A stretch of DNA of 63,189 nt from a virus (Duplodnaviria > Caudoviricetes). Below are positions 37,999-46,461 of this stretch, one piece after another. Below the pieces are notes generated by a model. That model was not told where the DNA came from and did not search any database. It saw nothing but the letters and a program-made list of their open reading frames with translations. The DNA lies in IMG/VR virus record IMGVR_UViG_3300042923_000815, positions 1 to 63,189 of that record; one strand, 5' to 3'. The stretch's first letter is position 1. The number at the start of each line of letters is the position of its first letter. A program made the position numbers and the translations under genes.

Positions 37999-38361
37999 TC
38001 ACACCGCCTCAATAAATATTTCCACTCTCGGATTAACCTTATCTAACCCCACTATCCGGCTGCCATCGTAATTAGCAATAAATTTATCATTTTCGATGAT
38101 TCCCGCCTTTTCCAGTATGTCGGAAGTAGCTTGCAATAAACCTATTAGATCCGGCCACCATTGTTTATTTGGTAACCAGTATAAGCAGCATACTTGTACA
38201 GGTCCTTCAAACTTCTGCTTGTACTTCTTCAAGTGCCAAAGTGCTTCAACTTGATATTTTTCAAATGCCTCACTAGGTATAAGCGATGTCCTTTTACCGA
38301 ATTTCACTATCCTGCTGGAATTTTTCTTCGTTGCCGGTCTTCCCGGGATAACTAGCTTCAT
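37999..38361 (-). CDS. rusA: RusA-like Holliday junction resolvase
   Basis: PATKKNS, PDL.GL....D.L..AGIIEND, NPRVEI. Confidence 0.85.
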   Translation of the reverse strand: MKLVIPGRPATKKNSSRIVKFGKRTSLIPSEAFEKYQVEALWHLKKYKQKFEGPVQVCCLYWLPNKQWWPDLIGLLQATSDILEKAGIIENDKFIANYDGSRIVGLDKVNPRVEIFIEAV

Positions 38362-38585
38362 GTCTCAGCTCCGCTTTCATATACCCACGGCTTTTCCCAC
38401 TTCTCGGCAATGCTCTTAGGATATATTTCATACGATCCATGCCCCATACTAACAACTACCATAGGCTTGTTATCTCGTAATGCCATATCATTGGCAGTCT
38501 TCTTTTTCTTACTTAATATTGGATTGTAAGGCTTGGGTTCATGGAAAAGTTCTAACACAGGTTGATCATTTGTAAAGTCTGTCAT
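38358..38585 (-). CDS. Hypothetical protein
   Basis: Coupled ORF. Confidence 0.5.
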   Translation of the reverse strand: MTDFTNDQPVLELFHEPKPYNPILSKKKKTANDMALRDNKPMVVVSMGHGSYEIYPKSIAEKWEKPWVYESGAET

Positions 38586-38727
38586 AGTGGTTCCTCTAGT
38601 GCTTTAATCCAGCATCCTTCACAACCATGCTTTTTAAGGTGTCTATCTTTTAATCCATGGTTACTCGGGCAATCCTCTTTCCAATTGATCCCCATATCTT
38701 CAATTACCTGCAATTTATCATCATCGT

Positions 38728-38922
38728 TCATATTTTTACCTCCTGACCAAGTGCTTCCCTAGCAATTACACCTTCATCCAACAAATCAGCATCTGGCCCC
38801 TCACCATATAATTCCGCGCATCTCTTAGAGTTAGGATTAAATAAAAATACACAACCGTCACCGCTAACACTGCAAGAATAACGTCCCTCTTCAGGATCAA
38901 ATGTAGCGCATTTACAACTCAT
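38728..38922 (-). CDS. Small Cys-rich phage protein
   Basis: MSCKCA...CSVSGDGC...PNSKRCAE.YGEGPD. Confidence 0.65.
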   Translation of the reverse strand: MSCKCATFDPEEGRYSCSVSGDGCVFLFNPNSKRCAELYGEGPDADLLDEGVIAREALGQEVKI

Positions 38923-39317
38923 TTCCGCACCTTCACTAGCAATTCGGCTCGTTTTTGGCAGAAACTACGCCAAGGACATTTAACTGTAAGACAAAAAGCA
39001 TCTGTGCCGTGATATTTCTTCTGATATTCTGTTTTACAAAAAGAAGTAATTGCAGGATTTGTGTTACTTACTTCTAATGCCAACCGCCCCAACTCAGCGT
39101 ATTTAATCATAGAAACATACTCACGTCTTAAAACTGCTAACTCAAGAGGTATTCCTTGTTCGTCTCTTACTTTTAATGACTCAGATTCACAACCATCGTC
39201 AGTTTTTTCATCAAATTTCTTTTTTAGTTTTTCTAACTCAATACGAAGATCTTTATTTTCTTGTTCTAAGTCAAAAAATGCTGTTTCTATATCAGACAAA
39301 CTATATTTTTCAATCAT
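38919..39317 (-). CDS. Hypothetical protein, paralog of 31105-31437
   Basis: Shared KYAExGRL and FCQKRAELL motifs. Confidence 0.6.
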   Translation of the reverse strand: MIEKYSLSDIETAFFDLEQENKDLRIELEKLKKKFDEKTDDGCESESLKVRDEQGIPLELAVLRREYVSMIKYAELGRLALEVSNTNPAITSFCKTEYQKKYHGTDAFCLTVKCPWRSFCQKRAELLVKVRK

Positions 39318-39618
39318 TGTTTATTACCACCTCTTTATAAGCGCAATAGATATACTCCAATGAAATATTTTCTACTGTATTTAAAATTATTCTGATTTTG
39401 CAATAGTCACATGTCCTACAATTTTTAACGATAATTAATTTATTTTCTGCCGGGCATTCGACCGCTTTTTCTACTGGCAATACTGTAATATCTTTTGCCA
39501 GCATCGTATTAAGGCGAAGTCTTAATTTTTCGTTTTCTTCTTTAAGATGTTGGTTTTCTGTTTCATGATTAATAGGTTTATTCAGCATGTAATGTAAATC
39601 TCTTGCATATGCCATCAT
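39310..39618 (-). CDS. Cys-rich hypothetical protein
   Basis: Overlapping ORF. Confidence 0.55.
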   Translation of the reverse strand: MMAYARDLHYMLNKPINHETENQHLKEENEKLRLRLNTMLAKDITVLPVEKAVECPAENKLIIVKNCRTCDYCKIRIILNTVENISLEYIYCAYKEVVINND

Positions 39619-39947
39619 TCACCCTCCCCAGGATTCGGCGGTAAGGGTAACGACATCCATCTACGCGCTAATTGCACCCGATTGTCGCTATACGATGCGC
39701 CGTTCCAATATATTGAAATATACGCTTTTGTTCTCAAGTATGGAGTTAGATATTCAATAACAATCCATCTGCGATCATTCGGAGCGAACGCTGGCGGCAC
39801 ACCATCTGTCCACTGCATACGCTGTCCTAGTTTGGCGAGGCGAATAAGTTCAATTTCGGCTTGCTCGTTATATTCTTTTGGGAATCCACCTTTATTCATT
39901 TCATATACTGCAAGTTCACCTTTTTTAAATAGTTCCAGTACGTCCAT
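39615..39947 (-). CDS. DUF551-like protein
   Basis: QW...P...WMSLPLPP. Confidence 0.6.
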   Translation of the reverse strand: MDVLELFKKGELAVYEMNKGGFPKEYNEQAEIELIRLAKLGQRMQWTDGVPPAFAPNDRRWIVIEYLTPYLRTKAYISIYWNGASYSDNRVQLARRWMSLPLPPNPGEGE

Positions 39948-40140
39948 TATTAACCTCCTCCCATCCCATGTTTACATATCCCTGAATCTTAACTTCTTGC
40001 GCCTCTACAGTGACTACAGCCCGAATCATCTTATCTTTACGCTTGGCTTGATACTCGTCTATATAAATCGCTAATTCCTGGTTTGTAATTTCGCCGTGGA
40101 CTGTAACTGTGACATTATCAATGATTGTGTTTCTGGTCAT
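39925..40140 (-). CDS. Hypothetical protein
   Basis: Overlapping ORF. Confidence 0.5.
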   Translation of the reverse strand: MTRNTIIDNVTVTVHGEITNQELAIYIDEYQAKRKDKMIRAVVTVEAQEVKIQGYVNMGWEEVNNGRTGTI

Positions 40141-40514
40141 GATTGCACCGCCCGATTGTTTACTACTACATCACACCATCTAATAAATCCATCAATAAAA
40201 GGCTGAGTATTACGAGTAGATGCCCATCCAGCAAAACCTATAAAACCACTATCGCTGAAAGTTATAGCTTCACGATCTTTAAAATATGTGCCTTTTACTG
40301 TTAAGGCTAAGTTGCTGAATTTGTTTGATTGTCGTTGCTTCTTAGTGAAGCGATATCTATTTATCTTGATTAAAATACAATCATCTGACTCCGACATTGC
40401 CTTTTCAATCTCTTCTTGCAAGAAAAGTTCTAAGAGCTTAACACTTTCAATGTTAAGGAAATCATACGTTAACCCTTTGTCTTTAAAATACTGCCGTGCT
40501 TGACAATTATCCAT
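40137..40514 (-). CDS. Conserved phage protein
   Basis: YFKDREAITF...FIGFAGWA...N.QP. Confidence 0.7.
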   Translation of the reverse strand: MDNCQARQYFKDKGLTYDFLNIESVKLLELFLQEEIEKAMSESDDCILIKINRYRFTKKQRQSNKFSNLALTVKGTYFKDREAITFSDSGFIGFAGWASTRNTQPFIDGFIRWCDVVVNNRAVQS

Positions 40515-40647
40515 TGTCCCTATCCCCTCCGCTTCATAAACTCTCTAATCCAAGACAAGTAAATTCCCGCTGTAACCGCCACGTAACAAACTACCAACAC
40601 CCCGACCATGTGTATAATAGTTGCCATTTATGCGAGCTCCTTTTACT

Positions 40648-41052
40648 CTAAAATGGAATCTCCTCTTCAGGGAAGACCTCGGTACCAAATGAACTTAAAT
40701 CATATCCGCTTCCGCTTTCTGGTGGTTTATTTGTATGCCCATTTTGATCCTTACTATCTAAAAACTCTATATTCTGAGCCACTACGTCCGCAGCTCTACG
40801 TTTCTGACCGTCCTTTTCATAATCACGAATCTGAAGACGACCTTCAACCAATACTCTGCGACCTTTCGTAAGGTTATTGCCACAAACCTCTGCCAGCTTA
40901 TCCCACACAACTACAGGGATGAAATCAGTATGCTTGTTTTCGCCAAATCCTGTATCTACTGCTAGGCTGAAAGTGGTTACTGCTTTACCTGTTTGGGTAT
41001 AGCGTACTTCGGGGTCACGGGTTAGACGGCCAACTATAATGACTTTATTCAT
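40648..41052 (-). CDS. ssb: Single-stranded DNA-binding protein
   Basis: MNKVIIVGRLTRDPEVRYT start and EEIPF tail. Confidence 0.96.
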   Translation of the reverse strand: MNKVIIVGRLTRDPEVRYTQTGKAVTTFSLAVDTGFGENKHTDFIPVVVWDKLAEVCGNNLTKGRRVLVEGRLQIRDYEKDGQKRRAADVVAQNIEFLDSKDQNGHTNKPPESGSGYDLSSFGTEVFPEEEIPF

Positions 41053-41056
41053 GATA

Positions 41057-41530
41057 TCAACCCCCGACAGTAGGTCTAATGCATTCCCACATGTAATCAT
41101 CAAAATTAATCTCTTCGTTTTTCACTATTTGACCACCAACAATCTCTACATCGTGATTAAATTCCATGCCTCTTTCAAATCCTAATATTTTAAAATCAAC
41201 CTCAAATTCTTGTGATAATTTTACAAGTCCTTCTACATCAATTCCCCATGCTGTTTTATAATCTTCTAAAACAAATACCGTAGTTTCTAATTCATTATCA
41301 GGATAATCAAACACAATGCAATCGGCATCTACAAAGCTTCTTTGTGTTCCTTTTAAATAAATATTCCCCTTTATATCCTTAATGGTAATTCCGTACTCAT
41401 TTTTTGTTATTATAGGGGATTTTTCTTTGTGTCCAAATAAATCAACTGGCGTTAACGCTTCAATTAAAAATTTTTCAATATTACTTTTTATCCCTCTTAT
41501 TTTTAAATCACCAACAATCCAATTAGGCAT
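41057..41530 (-). CDS. Conserved phage protein
   Basis: MPNW start, TAWG, FERGMEF. Confidence 0.65.
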   Translation of the reverse strand: MPNWIVGDLKIRGIKSNIEKFLIEALTPVDLFGHKEKSPIITKNEYGITIKDIKGNIYLKGTQRSFVDADCIVFDYPDNELETTVFVLEDYKTAWGIDVEGLVKLSQEFEVDFKILGFERGMEFNHDVEIVGGQIVKNEEINFDDYMWECIRPTVGG

Positions 41531-41543
41531 CCATATCGCTCCC

Positions 41544-42071
41544 TCATATCTTAGTTTTCAAAAATCGAAACTCACCATCAACAGCACCCTTTACATTCTG
41601 CTTACTATCTCCAAAAGGACATTCTGCATCGGTATCACTAATAGGTACACACAACCTGAACATGATTTCCCGATACTTACAACCAATAATCTCATGTCCA
41701 GTTTTAACGCATGACTTGCATTGCTCCACCGCAAACTCAGCTAGATCATAAATATCATCTGTTGACACCGTTATCTTGGCATCATCTTGAGACTCAGGAT
41801 CAAACCGCTCCGTGTCATTGCAGGAAACATACATATTCATCTTTTGGTATCGCCTATCATGAGCCTTCTGCTGTTCGTGGTCTAATGTTGCATATCGGGT
41901 ATCCATGACATTTTTGATATAAGTAGAGGCGCAATTCAGTTTTCTAGACCAATCAATTCTGCCTTTATCTTGGTAAAACTTAGCTGCATTCCCCATTAGC
42001 TGCGTAACGGTTCCCATCATGACTAGAATTGTCATTTCTCCTTTATTCGCGTAGGATGGTAATTTACTCAT
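41544..42071 (-). CDS. Hypothetical Zn-binding phage protein
   Basis: CKSC...C...CPF near the C-terminus. Confidence 0.65.
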   Translation of the reverse strand: MSKLPSYANKGEMTILVMMGTVTQLMGNAAKFYQDKGRIDWSRKLNCASTYIKNVMDTRYATLDHEQQKAHDRRYQKMNMYVSCNDTERFDPESQDDAKITVSTDDIYDLAEFAVEQCKSCVKTGHEIIGCKYREIMFRLCVPISDTDAECPFGDSKQNVKGAVDGEFRFLKTKI

Positions 42072-42081
42072 AAGTACCTCC

Positions 42082-42999
42082 TTATTGGTTTATTTTGCAG
42101 CACTCGCAGGTAACTTCGGTTACTCCTTGCGTTAAATGATCTAGGTACTTTATCTTTCCGGATCCATTGCAATGAGGGCAATCTACTTTTGCCTGTCTCT
42201 TTAAGATTGACTCTTTCTTTAAAGCATCAAAATTATATTTCGGTCTACCATCCTGATTCATTTTGCTTTCTAACTGATCAAATTTTTCACGTAGCTTTTT
42301 AATACTTAAGATATTAGATTGCCAAAACGAATCTTTCTGACACCACTTAATTACCTTTTCGATCTGTTCATAAGATCGCTTATCGTTTTCCATCATCAGC
42401 CTTACTTCGTTAGCCCAATTATCAATATTATCTGGAGATTTAAAATTTGGCTTATTTCCCGTTATCTGATCTATTAATAATTTTGCCAGTTGCGAATGCA
42501 ACGAAGAATATATATATTTCTTATTCTTCTTTACATTCTTTACATTCTTGTTTATATCCACGACCTGTTTCTCTACTGTTACTTTGGCGTTACCTAACTG
42601 TTTCTCTACTGTTACTTTGACGTTACCCTCAATATCTTTTGTCTGGTACACATCCCAATTTATAAGGGTTATTAAGGTATACTGTCTGTTACCCTTACCA
42701 TATCCTACTAAAATCATATGATTTTTTTGTAACCAGCTTATAATAGTAGATACTGTTTTTGGATTTGGCTCTATCCACTTATGTCCTTCATACCAACCAA
42801 TACCCTTTGCAATGTTCCTAGTACTGGTTAATTTTTGTCCAGATTTGATTAACAAGCTTGTTCCGTCTCTCATTGGAATTTCAGCATCAGCGTGATTAAC
42901 ATTGTATTTTAACCATTGCCACAATCTGTGATATAAAGGAGGCATCAGCCATATATTGCTTTCTACCTCCCTTCTATAGTCTTTAATCCATCCTGACAA
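42082..42999 (-). CDS. Replication initiator protein
   Basis: GWIKDYR start, TLITLINWDVYQ, WCQKDSFWQSNILS..KLREKFDQL, C-terminal Zn finger. Confidence 0.88.
   Translation of the reverse strand: MSGWIKDYRREVESNIWLMPPLYHRLWQWLKYNVNHADAEIPMRDGTSLLIKSGQKLTSTRNIAKGIGWYEGHKWIEPNPKTVSTIISWLQKNHMILVGYGKGNRQYTLITLINWDVYQTKDIEGNVKVTVEKQLGNAKVTVEKQVVDINKNVKNVKKNKKYIYSSLHSQLAKLLIDQITGNKPNFKSPDNIDNWANEVRLMMENDKRSYEQIEKVIKWCQKDSFWQSNILSIKKLREKFDQLESKMNQDGRPKYNFDALKKESILKRQAKVDCPHCNGSGKIKYLDHLTQGVTEVTCECCKINQ
42520..42627. repeat. Putative replication origin: iterons plus AT-rich tract
   Basis: CTGTTTCTCTACTGTTACTTTGRCGTTACC at 42565-42594 and 42598-42627, next to (TTCTTTACA)n. Confidence 0.75.
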
Positions 43000-43032
43000 T
43001 CACACCACCCCACCACTTGCAAATTACAATAA

Positions 43033-43611
43033 TTAAATTTCAGTACGAATTGGAGTCAACACTGCTAAAACTTTTTTATCTGCAGTAAATTTCATAGGTT
43101 CAAATGGTCCGTTATAACTTATAGTGAAATTTTCAACATTTGCATCTTTGAAAAATACTAAAATATCTCGTATATACTTTGCGCTAAAGAAAATATCTTT
43201 AGGATCACCCTTGATACATTTCCCTGGTAGTAAAGTTTCATATGTAGACTCAATCTTTTTAACTCTTAGCTTTACGGAACTGCCAACAACCTTTAAGCAA
43301 ATGGTATCGTAATCATATTTACCACATACAGCCATAGCTGTTTTTAATAAACCTATCCACTCAGTAATCAAATTACACTCAATAATATTTGCAGTCTCTT
43401 TAGGGATAACTTTATCTACATCAGGAAATGTATCCTTGATTTCCTCCCCTGTCTTGTAATGAATTAACGCTTTCTTTGCTGGAAATGTTGCAGCTATCAA
43501 TACATGTGTATTTGTGGCAATAGCCCTTTTACCATCAAAGTAAATCCCTGCAAATTGCGGTCTACCATCTTTTTCTACAAAATTCTTTACATTATTGAAA
43601 AATGCTAACAT
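43033..43611 (-). CDS. Beta-clamp-like protein (two domains only)
   Basis: RPQFAGIYF..ATNTHVL, FPDVDKVIP, FSAKY, C-terminal VLTPIR. Confidence 0.7.
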   Translation of the reverse strand: MLAFFNNVKNFVEKDGRPQFAGIYFDGKRAIATNTHVLIAATFPAKKALIHYKTGEEIKDTFPDVDKVIPKETANIIECNLITEWIGLLKTAMAVCGKYDYDTICLKVVGSSVKLRVKKIESTYETLLPGKCIKGDPKDIFFSAKYIRDILVFFKDANVENFTISYNGPFEPMKFTADKKVLAVLTPIRTEI

Positions 43612-43675
43612 GTTATTTCACTCCTTTTCATTCAAATAACATCTAAAACAAATTCAGGACAACGAAAGTCTGGTT

Positions 43676-43864
43676 TCACTCAAATAACCTCCGTCCTAAA
43701 GATTCAGTTAAACTTATCCCTGCATCGATCACGCTAAAATTAACGCAGTCCTGCGGTTCGTACATCCAATCCTCAGGGATTGACACTATACGGTTATTAG
43801 GGCAATCATCCGGCAATACCGCTTGATGTCTGCAACCATGACAAGGAATATTGTATTTATCCAT
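43676..43864 (-). CDS. Small Cys-rich protein
   Basis: PCHGCRH...C...C. Confidence 0.5.
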   Translation of the reverse strand: MDKYNIPCHGCRHQAVLPDDCPNNRIVSIPEDWMYEPQDCVNFSVIDAGISLTESLGRRLFE

Positions 43865-43910
43865 TTTCAACGCCTCGCGTATATTTAGTGAGAATCTGGG
43901 GAACATATCC

Positions 43911-45695
43911 CTATAAAGTCTGTGACATTTCCGCTATAAAACTACTAACCTTACCCGTAGATAAAGATCCATTCCATCCCTTTACTAACCTTGGATATGT
44001 AATAAATAACCTGTTCTTTGCTCGGGTAACAGCTACATAAGCAAGTCTACGTTCTTCTTCGATATCGCCGCGTTTTGAGGGAAATACATCTTGATTCATG
44101 CCAGCGATAAAAACGTTATCGAACTCAAGGCCTTTAGATGCATGTACTGTCATTAATTTGACTGCATCCCGTTCTTCGATTAACTTTTCTTGGATGTCTC
44201 GGTATCTCAGGTATTTGAGAAAGGCTTGTACTGTGTGGAGCTCACCAAGATGCTTCTTTTGGTCTTCCCACATTGTTATTGATTCTAATGCCCTTTGAAT
44301 ATCTTTCTGTTCTTCCGTTATTTCTAAAAAATCTAGAAGTATTTTAAAGCACGATCCTGGTCCATTTATTTCATATTCAAATTCAGCAGTATGCCACTCG
44401 TTCATAAATTCTTTAAATACAGCTACTCCAAACTGCATTGCAAGTTCGTACAATGAAATATTAGATTCAAGAGACTTTACTTCTAGCTCATATATGTGCA
44501 GGTCACTAGATCCAAATGACTTATATACCTTTTTAAAAGCAATGTTATCTTTACGATTATAAAGGAAGTACATCCAGTTCATAATTGGTCTTACTGCTGG
44601 TGTTTTATATGGATCATCCTTGCCGGCTACACGATGTACCGGAATCCCTTTGTCTTCGAGTACCCATTGTAGATATCCGACTTGTGTATTCGTTCTAGTA
44701 AGGATTGCAATGTCTTTATAGATGGTTCCTTTGCTATGCAGTGATTGAATCATTGTTGCTATGTTGACCGCTTCCGTATTCGGATCTTCTAGCTCACAAA
44801 TTACAATCTCAGCTCCGCTTTTGTGTGCTATTAACTTTTTATCCGTTCGGTTGATATTATGGGCTATCAAATTATTTGCAGCCTTTACAATTGATTCTGT
44901 TGATCTGTAGTTGTCTTCTAATTTGATTACTTCGCAATGAGGATTAATCTTTGAAAAATCCAAAATGTATTCTACTCTTGCATTACGCCAACCATATATA
45001 GCCTGATAATCATCACCTACGATAAAAATATTTTCAGCGTTTAACATTGATATTAATTCCATTTGATCAGCAGAAGTATCTTGAAATTCATCGACAAATA
45101 AATGAGTAAAATTGTGCTGATATTCTTCCAATGCTTCCGGATATGATCGCCATATTAAAACAACTGAGTAGATTAATTTATCTAGATCTAAAGCGTTATT
45201 CTGTGCACATCTATAGCGATATTCCTTAATAACCCTATCCTCTTCTTCGGTTCTACTGGTAGCGAATAAATACACATCCATAACTCTTTTTAAATTGGTC
45301 TTATTGCCGTATTCATCAATAATCTTTTTAATAATTTCTTCTCGATCTTCTTGATCATAAATAGTAAAGTTTTCATCAATGCCAATCTTATGTCCCCACC
45401 GCTTCAGTACAGATACAGCAAAGGCGTGAAACGTGCCAATCAGTAACTTCTTGCCTTGTTCCTCGCCTATGAGTTTTATTATGCGCTCCTTCATTTCCTT
45501 TGCTGCGAGGCGGCTAAATGTAAGACATAGCATGTTAGTAGTTCCGACTCGGTGCTCAATATGTAGATGCGCTATACGCTTTGTAAGTACTGTCGTTTTA
45601 CCGCTTCCGGCTCCTGCAAGCGTGAGTATGGTGGAGGCGGTAGATGTTACCGCCTGTAGTTGTTGTTCGTTGAGTCCTTCAAGAAGGTTGCTCAT
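43911..45695 (-). CDS. UvrD/PcrA-like SF1 helicase
   Basis: AGAGSGKT, VDEFQD, NYRS, TVHASKGLEF, EERRLAYVAVTRA. Confidence 0.95.
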   Translation of the reverse strand: MSNLLEGLNEQQLQAVTSTASTILTLAGAGSGKTTVLTKRIAHLHIEHRVGTTNMLCLTFSRLAAKEMKERIIKLIGEEQGKKLLIGTFHAFAVSVLKRWGHKIGIDENFTIYDQEDREEIIKKIIDEYGNKTNLKRVMDVYLFATSRTEEEDRVIKEYRYRCAQNNALDLDKLIYSVVLIWRSYPEALEEYQHNFTHLFVDEFQDTSADQMELISMLNAENIFIVGDDYQAIYGWRNARVEYILDFSKINPHCEVIKLEDNYRSTESIVKAANNLIAHNINRTDKKLIAHKSGAEIVICELEDPNTEAVNIATMIQSLHSKGTIYKDIAILTRTNTQVGYLQWVLEDKGIPVHRVAGKDDPYKTPAVRPIMNWMYFLYNRKDNIAFKKVYKSFGSSDLHIYELEVKSLESNISLYELAMQFGVAVFKEFMNEWHTAEFEYEINGPGSCFKILLDFLEITEEQKDIQRALESITMWEDQKKHLGELHTVQAFLKYLRYRDIQEKLIEERDAVKLMTVHASKGLEFDNVFIAGMNQDVFPSKRGDIEEERRLAYVAVTRAKNRLFITYPRLVKGWNGSLSTGKVSSFIAEMSQTL

Positions 45696-46170
45696 CACGT
45701 TGCCCTCCAATAATAGCTGGTTTTGGTAGACCACATATTTTGCAAAAGTTATGATGTGATTCAAATTCTTCATTTCCGCATCTTGGACAAACAAAAACGA
45801 CTCCATTGGGAATTAATTTTTCAAATTCAAATTTTTTCATAGCTTCACCTATGATTTTTAGAAAAGGAATCTTTTGAGTCTTTTCATTTGCTTTTGATAC
45901 TTTTGGTGAATTAATTTTGTTTGCTACGCTTTTTTGTTCTTGTTTTTCTTGCCATTGTTTATTTCGTAAATCAAATTGTTCTTGAGTAATTTCTTTTAGG
46001 TGGCCTCTGACCATTGTCGAAAGAATATCAAAGACATATTCAACTTGTTCTGGTGTATGGAATCTGAATTGATCGTTTGGTGGTTCGCCGATTATCTTTT
46101 CAAAGCAACGTTGAGCAATTAAAGATAGTTCTTTTACTTTACGAGGATTTGCAATAGAAATTTTAGGCAC
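45679..46170 (-). CDS. Zn-ribbon hypothetical protein
   Basis: CPRCG...FCKICG. Confidence 0.6.
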   Translation of the reverse strand: MPKISIANPRKVKELSLIAQRCFEKIIGEPPNDQFRFHTPEQVEYVFDILSTMVRGHLKEITQEQFDLRNKQWQEKQEQKSVANKINSPKVSKANEKTQKIPFLKIIGEAMKKFEFEKLIPNGVVFVCPRCGNEEFESHHNFCKICGLPKPAIIGGQRDEQPS

Positions 46171-46461
46171 TTACTTTTCCCTCCTTACTGATTTTCTAAG
46201 ATTTTCTTTAAACTCTTCAGCATTACAAATACCATTGTTGATAAGATCATCTCTATAATTCCACCAACCAATTACACGGCTTTCATAAATAGCTTTAATC
46301 CCTATTACATATTCTTCTTTACTTCCAACAGTAGCGTATATATCCGCATCTTCAATATCAAACCGATGATTTCTCAAAAATCTAGCTTGATCAATCATTT
46401 GAAGTAGATCACCTTTATTAAAATAATATCTAGGCACCGATAAGCACCTCCGAATTAACAA
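46171..46461 (-). CDS. Hypothetical protein
   Basis: ORF in the operon. Start uncertain. Confidence 0.5.
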   Translation of the reverse strand: MLIRRCLSVPRYYFNKGDLLQMIDQARFLRNHRFDIEDADIYATVGSKEEYVIGIKAIYESRVIGWWNYRDDLINNGICNAEEFKENLRKSVRREK

